From positions 62,310,001 to 62,374,000 of the forward strand of contig OX597823.1 in assembly GCA_951406725.2 (NCBI GenBank): DNA of 64,000 nt, read 5' to 3'. The notes under the pieces were generated by a model, which made no database searches, was not told where the DNA came from, and worked only from the letters and a program-made list of their open reading frames with translations. Origin of the DNA: Octopus vulgaris. Lineage: Eukaryota. The stretch's first letter is position 1. The number at the start of each line of letters is the position of its first letter. Below, one piece after another: positions 39,891 to 54,099 of the stretch. The translations under genes and the position numbers were made by a program.

Positions 39891-40372
39891 TATGTATGTA
39901 TAAGTGTGTATGTGTGCGTGTGTTTGTGTGCGTGAGGGGGATTTTGCGTGTGTGTGGATGTGGGGGTGTAAGTGTGTGTGGTGACATCTATGTACGTGTG
40001 CGTGCGTATATGCACGTTTCTATGTAAGTATAGTTTAGAGTTGGACAGTAGGAAGATTAATCAAAAGAAGAAATGATTAAATTGAGATTAACAGGAGACA
40101 TAGATTAGTGAAGTTTTATATTTCGGTCAACATTTCACTCCACAACTCAACATCTCAATGAACTTGAAAAGAAAACTCGTTGAGAGATTAACCAAAATCC
40201 ACTGGTTACTAGGAAACGCATCAAAATGCTGCCGAAAGTCAAGAAAAGAAGCAAACGAAATACACAAACGCAAACATTACGAACAACTTATATGCCATAA
40301 CGATAACATCTGTAATATATGTTATTATAATGAAGAGATAAAATACTTTGTTAATTAGATAAACTGATATTA

Positions 40373-40627
<255 letters not shown>

Positions 40628-40779
40628 TCAGTTACTTAGTAGGCTCATTTCGCTATTTTGCCGTATTCTTTGGAAGCCTAGTACTTATTCTATCGGTTCC
40701 CCTTTGCCGAACCGCTAGGTTACAGAGATGTAAACACACCAAAATCGGTTGTCAAGCGATGTTGGTGGGGACAAACACA

Positions 40780-40839
<60 letters not shown>

Positions 40840-41063
40840 GACTGAAACTGAAAGAAGCCTGTCGTATGTTTGTATATATATATATAAGTGTGTGTGTGTG
40901 TGTATGTGTATATATATATGTATGTATATATATGTGTGTGTGTGTGTATGACAGTCATTTCCTGTAAGCGTTAGTTTATATGCATGTATGTATGTATGTA
41001 TGTAGATAGATACATAGACACATACATAGATACATACATACATACATACAAGCATGCATACAT

Positions 41064-41098
<35 letters not shown>

Positions 41099-41227
41099 TA
41101 TATACATACATACATGCAGATAAAGTGATACATCTAATACATAATATTGGTTTCAAATTTTGGCACAAGGCCAGCAATTTGGGGGTGGGGACAAAATAAA
41201 GACAAAAGAAAAGAAAGACGTGCCAAC

Positions 41228-41391
41228 CTTCAGGTATGATCCATTTTCATCGTCATATCCACAATTTCCAGGTTTTCCAGGACAACCATCAATTTTCTTG
41301 GCATCAAGTCCAAGAAACCAAACCTCCGGATAATCAAAGATCTCTGAGTATTCATAACTTGTTAACCTATCTTTGTATAGACTTAAGGATT
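41228..41391 (-). CDS. DYRK4: DYRK4-like exon: NAPA1/NAPA2 and DH box (ESLSLYKDRLTSYEYSEIFDYPEVWFLGLDAKKIDG...GYDDENGSYLK)
   Basis: Not in ORF track; manual translation. ttttacag| acceptor, AAG|gttggc donor, 164 nt phase 1 to 0; EIxxYxEVWFLG and YDDExGSY are class-2 DYRK hallmarks. Confidence 0.93.
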
Positions 41392-41435
41392 CTGTAAAAC
41401 AACCAGAAATATTTACGTTATATATATATATAATA

Positions 41436-41850
41436 GGCGCAGGAGTGGTTGTGTAGTAAGAAGCTTGCTTCCCAACAAGATGGTTCTGGGTTCAGTCTCA
41501 CTGCGTGGCACCTTGGGCAAGTGTCTTCTACTATAGCCTTGAGCCGACCAAAGCCTTGAGAGTAGATTTGGTAGATAGAAACTGTAAGAAGCCTGTTCTA
41601 TATATATAGGTATGTATGCATGTATATATGTATGTATGTATTTGTGTCTGCGTTTGTTCCCCCACCATCGCTTGGCAACCGATGCTGGTGTATTTATGTC
41701 CTCGTAACTTAGCGGTTCGGCATAAGAGACTGATAGAATAAATACTAAGCTTACAAAGAATATGTACTGGGGTCGATTTGTTTGACTGATGGCTGTGCTC
41801 CAGCATGACCGCAGTCAAATGACTGAAATAAGTAAAAGAGTAGAAGAGTA
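41436..41850 (+). mobile_element. SINE family A, 45 nt from the acceptor of the DH-box exon
   Basis: GGCGCAGGAGTGG head through GAAATAAGTAAAAGAG tail; more partial copies at 21820-22030, 51450-51660, 53360-53530, 60700-61020, 62740-62920. Confidence 0.85.
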
Positions 41851-42065
41851 AATATATATTTAAACATAAATATGAGAGATCACTATATGGATCCCTTGTA
41901 TGCTAAAAATAGAGGTCAATATATATGTATTCTTTTATTCTTTTACTTGTTTCGATCATTTGACTCCTTCCACGTATTTACTCTATCAGTATTTTTGGCC
42001 GAACCGCTACGTTATGGGGACGTAAACACACCAACACTGGTTGTCAAGAGGTGATGAGATGATAA

Positions 42066-42098
<33 letters not shown>

Positions 42099-42116
42099 AA
42101 CACACGTACCTATACA

Positions 42117-42985
42117 CAGGGTGCTATGAGTAAATTGTCGCTATTTTATATTTTTAATTTAGCGCATTGTTTGTTTTTATTTTGTCGACTACACGGTATA
42201 GTAGGGTCAGTTGGGCACCGTCTGTAAGAAAAACAGCACCATGACGCAATTCACTCTGCCCGAAATTTGGAAATAACATGCTGTACTACTTGGCATTTGC
42301 GCCGGATGCTCAAAGACGAACATTTTAGAGTGTTTGGGTGCCAATCTGAGTACAGTGCAATCTGAATACATGTACCGAGAGTGATAAAAATCAAACATCC
42401 CGTCAACATCAGGGTGTTTAGAGTGATCACTACTGATGGCGACGTTATGCCTCCATTCATTTTCCCACACGGGCGCACGCTCTACATGGAGGCCTACATC
42501 AAGTGCCTGGAGGAGGTAGTGCTGCTCTGGGTCAAGAGGGTGGCTGCTAGAAGACCTTATATCTGGCAACAGGACTCTGCATCATACCACATAAGCAGGA
42601 GAACCCAGTCATGGCTGTGAGACAATTTCTACGACCACATCATCCCGAACATCGGGTCACCTAGTTCCCCAGACTGCAACCCACTTGATTATTATGTGTA
42701 AGGCGCAGACCAACAAACCTCCTTGTAACACGAAAGATGAACTGAAGGCAAGAATTGTGGCAACATTCACCAACTTAAACCAAGAGACCGTCCAGAAAGT
42801 TTCAGGAGATTCCGAAGTCATCTGGAGACCGTGATTGAAGCCAATAGAGATTTTATTGAATAAGTTTACTCTTTAGAATTTCAAGATATTTTTATGTAAA
42901 TTTAGTAAGTATAACTGCTAAAATGAAATGTCAGTGTTATTTTCATTTTGTGTAATTTAGACGACAGTTTATTCACCCTACCCTG
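42117..42985 (+). mobile_element. Internally deleted Tc1/mariner DD37D (maT-like) transposon
   Basis: CAGGGTG...ACCCTG imperfect ~24-bp TIRs; WQQDSA..H and SPDCNPLDYYV motifs; stops. Confidence 0.85.
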
Positions 42986-43490
42986 TATGTGTGTGTGTGT
43001 GTGTGTTGTTGTTGTTGTTGTGTGTATGACGGGTTCCTTTCTCTTTCCCGTCTATTAAATCCACTCACAAGGCTTTTGTAAAAGACACTTAACCAAGGTA
43101 CCGTACAGTGGATTTGAATTCAGAACCATGTGACTGGAAAGCAAGCTTCTTACCCCACAGCCACGCATGCACCTATATTCTTCATAAAAGCTTAATTCGT
43201 TCTGCAAAATAGAAAGAAATCCAAAGACAAAATATTTTTTATGCTTTGCATTTCATTTCTTACTTCCATCCGGCTTTCCAATGATAGTGGCATTTCTGCA
43301 GGACCGAGATGGGTAGCGTGTGCGTGTTAAAAATGTCCGAGTATGCTCAACCAGATTGATGCATTGTATGTATGTACGTGTGTGCGTATGAGTGAGCGTG
43401 CATGTGTCTGTCTATATATATAGAGAGAGACACACACATATATATGTGTGTATGTGTGTGTGTGTGTATGTGTGTGTGTGTGTATGTGTG

Positions 43491-43567
<77 letters not shown>

Positions 43568-43575
43568 ATATACTA

Positions 43576-43766
43576 CAGGGTTAGCCAAGAGTTACGTGAC
43601 AGTAAATTAAAACCATTTAATTCCAAGCATCTAAATATAAAACATGAAAATTGTTCAAATTGAAGTCCTTCTTGAGCGACATGTTCTTCCAGTCGAGTCA
43701 ATACAGAATTGCAGATAATATTTATGGAATTTTGATTTACTGTCGAGTGACTTTTGGTCAAACCTG
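43576..43766. mobile_element. Tc1/mariner-type MITE
   Basis: TA-CAGGGTTAGCCAAGAGTTAC ... GTGACTTTTGGTCAAACCTG-TA. Confidence 0.65.
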
Positions 43767-44120
43767 TACACACGCATACTTCATTCCACTTTGCTTCATT
43801 CCACATTGCTACAGTCCCTCTTTTGATTAGAGGAGAATGCTGGCCAGTTGGCAAAGCCAGTAGGATGGCATTATTAGGAAGCTAAAATGGTGCGAAGCGT
43901 ATTGTGACCAACGACATGTAACGACACCTGATAGTACGATCAGTCATGTGGTTACGTGCTACAGGTAGTGTTTAACAATATATGGAGTATGTTCTGCAGT
44001 AAATAAACACAATCTGATGTGAAACACGATAGAAAATGTACAGTTGGTATATGTATTTTTCTTTCATATAAAGTGTGACAGTTACTGGGAAGTTTCGCCG
44101 TTGAGCGATATAAGACATAG

Positions 44121-44204
<84 letters not shown>

Positions 44205-46386
44205 TGTGTGTGTGTGTGTGTATTAACAGGAGGTGTATGAAGCACCGTTGAATATAACATGTGTGTGTACAATCATATTTAACGTGGAAAGACCTTTCGC
44301 TGTGGAAATAGTATCTGGAAAAACTTATCTTCATAGATTATATGTATGAAAATACGCAATCTTTTCTGCATCAGTTTCGAATACTGAAACAGCTGTTCAC
44401 AGATCAGCAAGAAAAGTTTTTCTTTTATTTTAAGAGAGGGGTATAGCACAGTTGTTGATATATACGAAACTTGATGAATATGGAATTAATTAACTGGAGG
44501 CTCATGAAGCAGCGTTGAATGAAAATATGTGTAGAAAATTATACTTAAAACGTTTGTGTAGACTCGGACGTAGGAAGAGCTTTTGCTGCGGAGATAGTCG
44601 TGGCTCCTTACAACTAGTATTTCTGAAAACATATTATTGGACTATGAATCATGTATTTAATGTATTTCAAAATACGTATTTTGAAATTTTCATTACACGA
44701 TCAATTGGAGATTTGGTTCAGACACAAAATCAATTCCAGTTGGTTGATACTTTTCTCAAGTACTAGTTTAGCATCATGGATATAAACGTGTTGTGGTTTA
44801 GTAGGGTTAAATACCTAATAGGTATACTTTTAATGGGAAACACACTTGCCCACACTTGCTGGAGCTGTGAAGTGCACAGTTCTATACAGGGATTTTTATA
44901 TTTTTTCATAAACAAGGGGATGGATACTGACATTAAGCTTAGGGATTATATAATGTACAAGTATAAAGAAAGAATTAAAGAAAAAAGGACTCATAATATT
45001 GAATGTTATCGATAAAATCGAGTGGAAAAAGGGGGTGTTGCATTCCACAGTTCCTATACACGAGCTGCCATTGTGTGTGTCACACACTAGACATAGTATT
45101 TTCTCTGGTTTTCTTTCTTAGAGAAAGTATAACACTGAGGAAATGATAGTAACGTGTTGGCTCTATGAACATCTGTGGTTCATGAGAAGTTTAATTTTTA
45201 ACTAAGAAAATATGGTTATGGGGATATCGATAACTAGTTAGAATGCTAGAAAAACAAACTGCTGGAGAGTGGTTGTAAGGGAGATACATTTTGAATAGTT
45301 CTTGAAAAATATAATCTTGACCATGAGCTTAAGATATTAGATTAGTGACCATATCGTTATAAGTTCAAATACGTAATATTACAATAGTTTGCTGTCTTGT
45401 GTCCTTAAATAAAGCAGATAACCTGATTTACACTGGTTTTTCTAACCGGTAACAAAACAAGACCCAGTCAATGTTTTCCTGTCGGTAAAGGATATTCGAA
45501 ACTTTGAGCCAAACCTTAACCATTTAAAACGTAACTTGGTTTCGAGTTAAAGAAGACTTATAAGGCTATAACACCACACCGTCTCCTTCATATAAATTAT
45601 AAAATACAATAAGTGGGTTCCTACGTCGATACGATGTCAGAATTTTGCCTGAATGTTTGATGGTATGTATCCTAACTCTAGAATTGTATCTTGTGTCTGG
45701 ATATGGCACAAATTCCATCATAAAATCCTCACGGAAAGTCAGTTATTTTTATGGCCGAAGAGACAGCAAGTGTGAGTAGATGTACAAAAAGGAGAAAGAG
45801 AAATAAATACGTGTAAAAGAGTTTATGAGAGAATGGATGTATATGTTGTCATGTCATCAGGTGAAATGGCTGTCTGTTAGATACTGAAATAGTTTAGTTA
45901 GTTATGTTACAGATATTACGGTACATGAGTTGCTATGATGCACATCAGTTTCTAACAAACAATGGGGTTATCAAAGGATTTGTCATAAGGAAATTGCAAA
46001 AGAGCTGGCTATAGAACGATATTTTTTTCCTACTATTTGAAAATTTCAACTGGTTTCTACGAGCACACGTACATACATACAATGCATCATCATCTGGTTG
46101 AGCATACTCGGACATTTTTAACACGCACACGCTACCCCTCTCGGTCCTGCAGAAATGCCACTATCATTGGAAAGCCGGATGGAAGTAGGGAATGAAATGC
46201 AAAGCATAAAAAGTACTTTGTCTTTGGATTTCTTTCTACTTCGCAGAACAAATTAATTCTAATTAAATAAATAAGCGATTGAGCATAGAAATTCATCCTT
46301 AAATGTGAGCCATTGTTTGACTTGTCGGGCTACTTTTTGCTATCTAAAGGGTATGACAAGACTACTACAGAAGGCAGTGTGTGTGC

Positions 46387-46420
<34 letters not shown>

Positions 46421-46512
46421 TACGCTCATATACTGGCCTTACAATTTGGTTACAAGTTTTGCCATATTCACATAAGAACAACGTTATAAAAAGAAAATCA
46501 GTGAGAGATTAC

Positions 46513-46801
46513 CTGCCGGCGTTAAAGGCAAATGATTGCCATAATGATCCAAATGACAATTGCTTCTATCGGTGATATCATGATAACTGTTGCTTGTTAC
46601 GTCAGGAGAAACGGGAGATTTTTCCAGTCGACTATTAATTTGTAATTCTGGCAATTGAGGAGCTGGTTTCTTGTTCAACGTATAACTGTCATCCTTTGCA
46701 TAGTTATGATTCTTACATCGGGCATTAACTAGCTGGACAGGATCGACCCCATTCAACTGTGGTAGGTTTGTTGTCGGGGCGACAGTAGCTACTGGTTTTT
46801 T
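46513..46801 (-). CDS. DYRK4: DYRK4-like kinase, most 5' coding exon identified (N-terminal region, KKPVAT...HLPLTPA)
   Basis: Pyrimidine tract + tctcag| acceptor, GCAG|gtaatc donor, 289 nt open (phase 0 to 1); ends LPLTPA-E, matching the LPLTxAE start of the DYRK4 NAPA1 region, and joins the next exon in frame. Confidence 0.8.
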
Positions 46802-47649
46802 CTGAGACAAAAGAAAATCAAAAGGGAGAAACATATTATAAATTAGTAAATAGTATTCTACATATTAAAGGATAAATATTTATTTGTGATGATACACATG
46901 AACTATTGCAATTGGGATTGAGCGGTGGTTCGGCAGAATCAGTAAACTTAGACTTCGACTTCGGTCATAAGTCCCCCAGAAAACATTCGCTTAACTCGGT
47001 TTCCGTGATGCGCAATAAGTAAAACTTCGAAAACTTGTCTAATGGTATTTATTTACGTTTCTGAGTTCAAATTCCGCCGAGGTCGACTTTGCCCTTCATC
47101 CTTTCGGGGTCGATTAGATAAGTACCAGTTACGCACTGGGGTCGATATAATCGACTTAATCCGTTTGTCTGTCCTTGTTTGTCCTTTCTGTGTTTTACCC
47201 CTTGTGGGTAGTAAAGAAATAGGTATTTATTTACGTTTCTTTACGTTGTTAGGTTAAATCTAATCGAAGCCTACATTACCTTTCATTCATCACAAATTGG
47301 GAATCAGATGTATAAATATCATTTAGCAACTTGCAAAATAAAACCACCCTGAGGGCGTCCTTTCTGTTAATATCATAATATAACGAGTCGAACATCTTCA
47401 ATTGACCTAGATTACTCATGGAGTCAGTAAACAAAAACGTCCCACAACACAACATTTATATTATCTGCTCTGTATCACCACTATAAATTGGTCGCCGTCA
47501 TTTTCGATAATGAATATTTCAAATGATCGATAAACGGTCTGTTCGTTGATTTATCCTGTTAGTATGTTAGTAGGTCAGTATTCCAGAGATATATGTTGTA
47601 CTCTCAACATTATATATATATATTACTCTATTATTTTTTTATCGGTTTC

Positions 47650-48510
47650 AGCCAGAGAATGCAGCCATGCTGGGGCACCGCCATTAGGTCTAATGCTGGT
47701 TTATTTTAGACTCACTTTCCGGTTCTTCCCCTCTGAAATAAATTTGGTGAAGTAGTTGCCTATCTTTGCGGTTTTTGCAATGATATGGTTTCATATGGTA
47801 TGTCAAATGCCTGAGACCTTTTGGAAAGGTACTGAAAAGTTGCAGATCTGTGAACCCTAAACTGTTACAGTACTGGGTTCATTCTCTGGATGAAGAGAGC
47901 GGATCTTTGGTAATAGGTAGTGGGGTCCAGCTAGGAGATAGATATAGTCTTCAATCTCAAAGATAGGTGCTGCACCTTCTAGGATCTTCCATATATATAT
48001 CAATGCGTATCTTTCACACCTTCTCTCCAAGGATTAAAGCCTCAATTCGTTTAAACTTGTGCAGTAATCCATTTGAGTCAATCCTCTTGGTTTGGTGGCG
48101 TGGGATTGCACCGAATTCTGTTGTTAATTTCACACTCTATGGCGATAATAATTGGGGCGTAGAACTCCTGCAGCTGAAAGCGAATATTCTCCGTAGAAGC
48201 AACATAAATCTTTTTTTTTTTTCATGTAGTGAATGATCTCAGAATCCAGACAGTCGGTCGACTGCACATTGTTGCGCACAGAATAATGGATCATCACTCA
48301 TGTAGATTCCCTGGTCTTGTGTATTCCGACTGCAATCTGCTTGTTAGTCGATATCGAAATGCTCGAAACTTGTCAGCTTTAACTGCGTATTTTCTTCAAC
48401 CCACTCGTATATTGCGTTCAAATATTTCTGTAGTTTTAAGGTATTTTCAGGGTCCTTGACTGCTTACGATACTTTTATATCATCAGCATAGCTGGTAAAT
48501 GTGGTTGACG
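47650..48510 (-). mobile_element. Decayed CR1/L2-type LINE reverse transcriptase fragment
   Basis: YADDIK at about 48475-48495 and YIWKILEG downstream on - strand; many stops. Confidence 0.6.
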
Positions 48511-51162
48511 GACCTTTTCTGTTTGGCTGCCAAAATTTCAAAAATCAAAGTTTATTGAAATTTTTTTAATTTGGTACATTAATGTAGTTTTCCAAGCTGA
48601 ATTGCTGGAGATATTTTTTTTAAAGTTAGAGAGGCTTAATAATTTTCACCCAGTCAGGAGACAGAATTTAGAAGCTGTCATTTTGTACGTGACTGCACAT
48701 TTTGTCAACATCCTGAAAATAGCACGTGGGTTTTTATATGAAACCGTAAACAAAAGAATTACGCACGACATATAGCCCTTCATAGCGTATTGTTTTTGGG
48801 AATTTTCAGAAACTTTTTGCGGACTTGTATTCTACACGTGGAAATTCATCCGATTATGCCCCCACAAAAAAAAAAAAAAAAATGTGGGTGTGCGTGATTT
48901 AAGTCCAATTTCGCTGTTATTTTTAGCACACCTCACAATCACCTCAATGACAGAAGAAAAACAAGTAAACAACACGTATTTTGTAGTTTTAAGCATTCAA
49001 TATGCATTTAATGCAATAACCAGCACATTACAAATTAAATATTTCTCAAAATAAGTAACTTATAGCACAAACTTATGTATGCATTCCTCCAGTGTGTCAG
49101 GATTCCGACATGGCACTCGCATAAAGAAAAACCTGTCTGTTCTCGCGACATACTCCTCCAAGAGCCCACTACACAGGTAGGGCTCTTCTTCGGTTGTACT
49201 CTCGTCTTGAGAAGACTATTTCGTCGATCTCAACAATCTTCCCAGGGCCAACAACCTTAATTGGATGCCAGAGTAGGTTCTCCGCACATTCTTACTTAAC
49301 AGAGCTGTTATAATCAACAGCTGTACAATGGTCCATCTCCAGTTCTTCAATATAAAACCGTAATGGAGTCAATTCCTTAACCTATGAGTAAAGGAAGAGC
49401 ACTACAGTCCTAAGAGGAAGGGTGCCACCTTCAAACTATGTGTCTTTCCTCTCTGACACAGAATCCATGCATCCTTAGCGCGAGCATCACCAATACATAT
49501 TCCCACCACGTTTTCTTGTACTTATAAAATGCTTCTTCGTTTTCAATAATTTTCTTTTAAGTATAACGCCTTTTTCTTGCAAGTATGAAACCGCATCCTC
49601 CCCTGGTGTGTGATTTAAGGCCTATTTGGTTGCTATTTTTAGCACACATGACCACGACTTCAATGACTGGAATATATTTATTAACACGTGCTTTCTCGCG
49701 GACAAAAGAGTCATCGTATTTGGCTTGTTACTATGGAAACAGGCATGAATGTATCTGTGGCTTACGATTGGCTAAATTTAACCAAAATTTTCGGACTTTA
49801 ATACCTAGTAACTCTTTATGTATTGATTTATAGCGAAAATTGTTTTCCTCGCATTGATTAGCATATAAAAGTATATCATTACACTGAAAATGAAACCAAT
49901 TTGAACAGAAATTGAAGAGATTGGCACCCAAACAGAAATTGGCAGCCAAATGGAAAAGATCCTGGCTGTCTGTGACTGAGGGTATGTCTGAGAGTATCAC
50001 CACGAAAAGTACTAGTCCCGGTACAGTTTTATGGGGAATCCGCTTAGTATTGGTATCTCCTCCGAGAGGCCCTTATTGGCAGCGATTGTTTGACTCTTAT
50101 TTTTTAAAAAGTCATGCAGCCTTTCCCCTAGTTTTCCAATGTTTGCACAGTTTATAACATTTCCATGATATTGATTCATGGAGTTCGCGGTGCTCTCAAA
50201 AATATTTGTTGTTCATGGATGGAATGTCTTCCAATATCAATCTGTTCTATCAAATGTAATCTTAGTTTAAACAAGAACAGCAACAATCTCACTACCGTAC
50301 AACACACAACGTGCATGTATTATCCCACAATAAAGAGAAGAAGTAGAATAGCTGGAGACCACCACGTCTCTGTCCTTCGCATATCTGTATTCCATATCTA
50401 TGTTTCTGTAAGAAAGTTAATCAACAACTACATCGGTATCAACAATAGCTGCAACATGAACCATAAAAAACAGCTGCAATGATAACAACCACAACAGCAG
50501 TAGCAGCAGCAGCAACAACAAAAATAACATTTGTAACTGTCAATAACGAGCTTTTATTTGGTCGCTTAGCTTGCTAGAAACAGCGACCATGTCTTTCTTG
50601 AATTATTGTCAACTATACTGTTTAAAAAAATTGTTGAGAAATATTGAAGATTGTACTTTTAGATACACCATTTGAATAAAAAGACGGGATGGTAATGGAT
50701 GAAACGATTTGAACAAAGGCCTATTCAAGGTCAGTTAGACAGCTAATGCTCTTATCTCAGCCTTCGTGATCCTAGCTAATAAATGATGTAGACAATAAGA
50801 ACACTGAATGAAATAACAGACTAAGCATTCAGTTTTCTTCAATGTCAGTCTCCAGGCAAAACACCACAACTATATTATGGTAACCATTTTTTTCTTTTAC
50901 TTGGATGTTATTTATCAAAACTAAATAGCAGTAAGTAATATATTTATTAGAAAATTAATGACTTATAACTGGGGCGCTAAATAGTGACGAAATAGTGAAC
51001 CATTTAGTCTTGGCATGTCGGAATTTTAATACTTTTAACAATTCTACTATAGAGATATCGTTTACATATTTACATGCGCATTAATTTTAGGTAAATGCAT
51101 TATATAAAATAATATTAAAGTCAACACATTAAATTTTCGAAGTTCATCACGTGTTTTATATA

Positions 51163-51386
51163 TTGGTTTGTCCGGAAAGTTCGTGCCGATTTTATAGTAG
51201 CTTACCATTTCGACTTACACTCCCGGGAATCTCAATTCTGGGAAGAGGGTATTTTCAAGTTAAGGGAAAGATGGAGACGCATTGTGCAACAAAATGGTTC
51301 ATATTTTCTTGATTAAAAATGTAATGGCAAGTATTTATTGACCTTTTTCTTTCCTTTAAAAATCGGCACGAACTTTCCGGACAAAC

Positions 51387-51389
<3 letters not shown>
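51163..51389 (+). mobile_element. mariner-derived MITE with ~31-bp perfect TIRs
   Basis: TTGGTTTGTCCGGAAAGTTCGTGCCGATTTT / AAAATCGGCACGAACTTTCCGGACAAACCAA; retains the transposase C-terminus GIFKLRERWRRIVQQNGSYF. Confidence 0.88.
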
Positions 51390-51428
<39 letters not shown>

Positions 51429-51681
51429 TTATCGCTTTTTCTTTTTTTTTCTTTTTACTTTGTTTCAGTCATTTGACTGAGGCCATGCTGGAACACCGCC
51501 TTAAAGGGATATAGTCGAAGAAATCGAACCTAGGACTTATTCTTTGTAAGCTTAGTACTTATTCTATCGGTCACTTTTGCCGAACAGCTAAGTTACGGGG
51601 ATATAAACACACGAGTATCGGTTGTCAGGCGAGGATTAGGGGACAAACACAAAGACACACACACACAAATACATACATACA

Positions 51682-51751
<70 letters not shown>

Positions 51752-51902
51752 TATATAGTTCAGATTTATAGAAAACAAAAGATGAAGACGTGTAGAAACA
51801 ACAAGCAAGTGTATTAGTTTGACGCTCGGCAAAAGTGGAAAAGTGTGTACTCTCCTTCTATCTCCTCCTCTCCCCTCTCTCTTTCACCTCCCCTCTCTCT
51901 CT

Positions 51903-51971
<69 letters not shown>

Positions 51972-52358
51972 ACAAGTGGTCAAAATCCTGGATCCCTTCT
52001 CATATAGTTGTTAGTCGGCTTTATGCCACTTTCCTGTTCGTAACTACTTTTCTAGCCATCTTCAAAAAATATTCTATCGTTGTATTCAAAATTGATATTT
52101 CATTTGCACTAAAACAAATTAATTACGAAATTCAGAGTATATAAAACACTTATGTGTGAAAATAGATATTTTATTAATTTACATTCAATAATCACTCAAG
52201 AATGACACAAGGTCACGGTTTTTAAAATTTTAAAATTTATTTATATCCAATCTACAGTGAGACACAATCACACTACCTTCGGTATCCAATCAACGTTAAG
52301 GCCTGATCATACCTGATAGCGAAACTGGTTAACGGAAAATTCTGTGGACGCCCATCGA

Positions 52359-52409
<51 letters not shown>

Positions 52410-52444
52410 TACACACACATATGTATGTATGTATGTACATATAT

Positions 52445-52602
52445 AGGGAGAATTCACAAAAAAAAACAAAAGACGAAGACAGTTGGTGTAGACAACAAAT
52501 AGATGTATTAGTATAAAGCTCAGGAAGTGAAAAAGTCTTTAACATTTCGAGCCTACGCTCTTCCACAGAAAGGAACACAGAAAGAAACAAGGAGAGAAAA
52601 AA
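52445..52602 (-). mobile_element. pLTR-like element with hammerhead-like motif at 52537-52572
   Basis: CTTT-CTGTGGA-A-GAGC(GTAG)GCTC-GAAATGTT-AAAG on - strand; family tail also at 51765-51845. Confidence 0.6.
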
Positions 52603-54099
52603 ATATGTACATATATATACACAAATACATATGCTTACGTATCTATATGTGTATGTATGTATGTATGTATGTATGTATGTGTATGTATGTATGTATGTAT
52701 GTGTGTACGTATGTCTCTTCTATTTTTAATTATTATATATGTTCCACTGAAGAGGGACCCAGTTTCCAACAAAGATACAAGGCTCCATTCTTGGGATGTA
52801 GTCAGCGCAGACAAATTCACATTTGGAAATTGAGAAAAATCTTGCATATTTGTACCGTTCCATTCACAGACAGCTCTTGTAATGTACGAATTAGCCGGTC
52901 GATTTCTCATGTATGTATGTATTTAGGAGGTATATAATAGAATCATAACCAAAAATCGAAACCTAAGTCACTACGTTCATTTGCTGTTTTCGTTAATTCT
53001 GTACTTTGAATCCATTTGTTTATCTTGTCAGAAATTCACGCTCATTTTCGGTGAAAAAAAAAATTAACCTAGATAAATTTAATCCGTCTTCAATTATGGT
53101 TCCCTAATCCAGCCTCCAACCAGATATTTTATATATTTACGACTGTTTACAAGGCAATGGTTAATTTCCATATTTCAGCTTTGGAAAATATTTCACCCAA
53201 TCACTAACATGTTTCTTCCACGCGAGCCTTGAAATTTTTATTTCCTCCGTCCACACGGTTATTGGCAGATTACTCTAACGGCACTGAAAGAGAGAAATTT
53301 ACGGTGTAAACCAGGAGATTATCAACCATTTTTTATCTATTCTTTAATTCATGTATTCTTTTATTTGTTTCAGCATTTGATTGCGGTCATGTTTGAGCAC
53401 CGCCTTTCGTCGAACAATTATTCTATCGGTCTCTTTTGCCGAACCGCTGGTTTACGGGGACGTAAACACACCAACACCGGTTGTCAAGCGATGATGGGGA
53501 GTGGGGCGGACAAACACAGACACACAAACATATACATATATACCGTATTTGATGGCCTATAAGACGCACCTTTTTTACTGAAAAATGGCTTTAAAAATTC
53601 CCTTGCGTCCAATGCACTCAATGTACGCTCAAAACTCGTGACTGTTGGCCTAAATTATATATCAGAAGTCACGTAGATGTAGCTGCCATCTATTGGTGAA
53701 CAATCGCCTACGGTATGTTTATATCGAATGTAGATGCAATAAATTGCTTATAATTACCGGATAACAAAGTTATACAGGTAAGTGGAGGAATTAAAGCATT
53801 ATTTTAGTGGTAATTTATTTTACAAAAGTAAATGTATTCCCAACTAAAGAAATTTAACACCACCTTTGACCCAAATCATGCAAAATTCTAAGAGGTTCAT
53901 AAGGCCTACTCAAGTTTTTACCAAACTTGGTGTGTTGACTTAATGCAATGCAAAAGCAGTATATCTCAAATTTCAACTTTCAAGTTTAAGTAGTTTAGAA
54001 GTTATAGAGTTATTAATTTGTTACCACTTAGGCCCTTCTTTAGGAAATATCCTCTTACTCTCCTTTTTAATTTTGTGACACTAAAAACTCTGACTATAT

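Noticed and set aside
49050-49900. piggyBac-like transposase relic on - strand
   Set aside because: Only faint motifs (KNWRWTI, Cys cluster), no TTAA/TIR found; insufficient without an HMM search
53543-53640. pogo/Tigger-like element (TA-CCGTATTT...TATAAGACGCACC)
   Set aside because: Only one terminus visible; no partner TIR or transposase located
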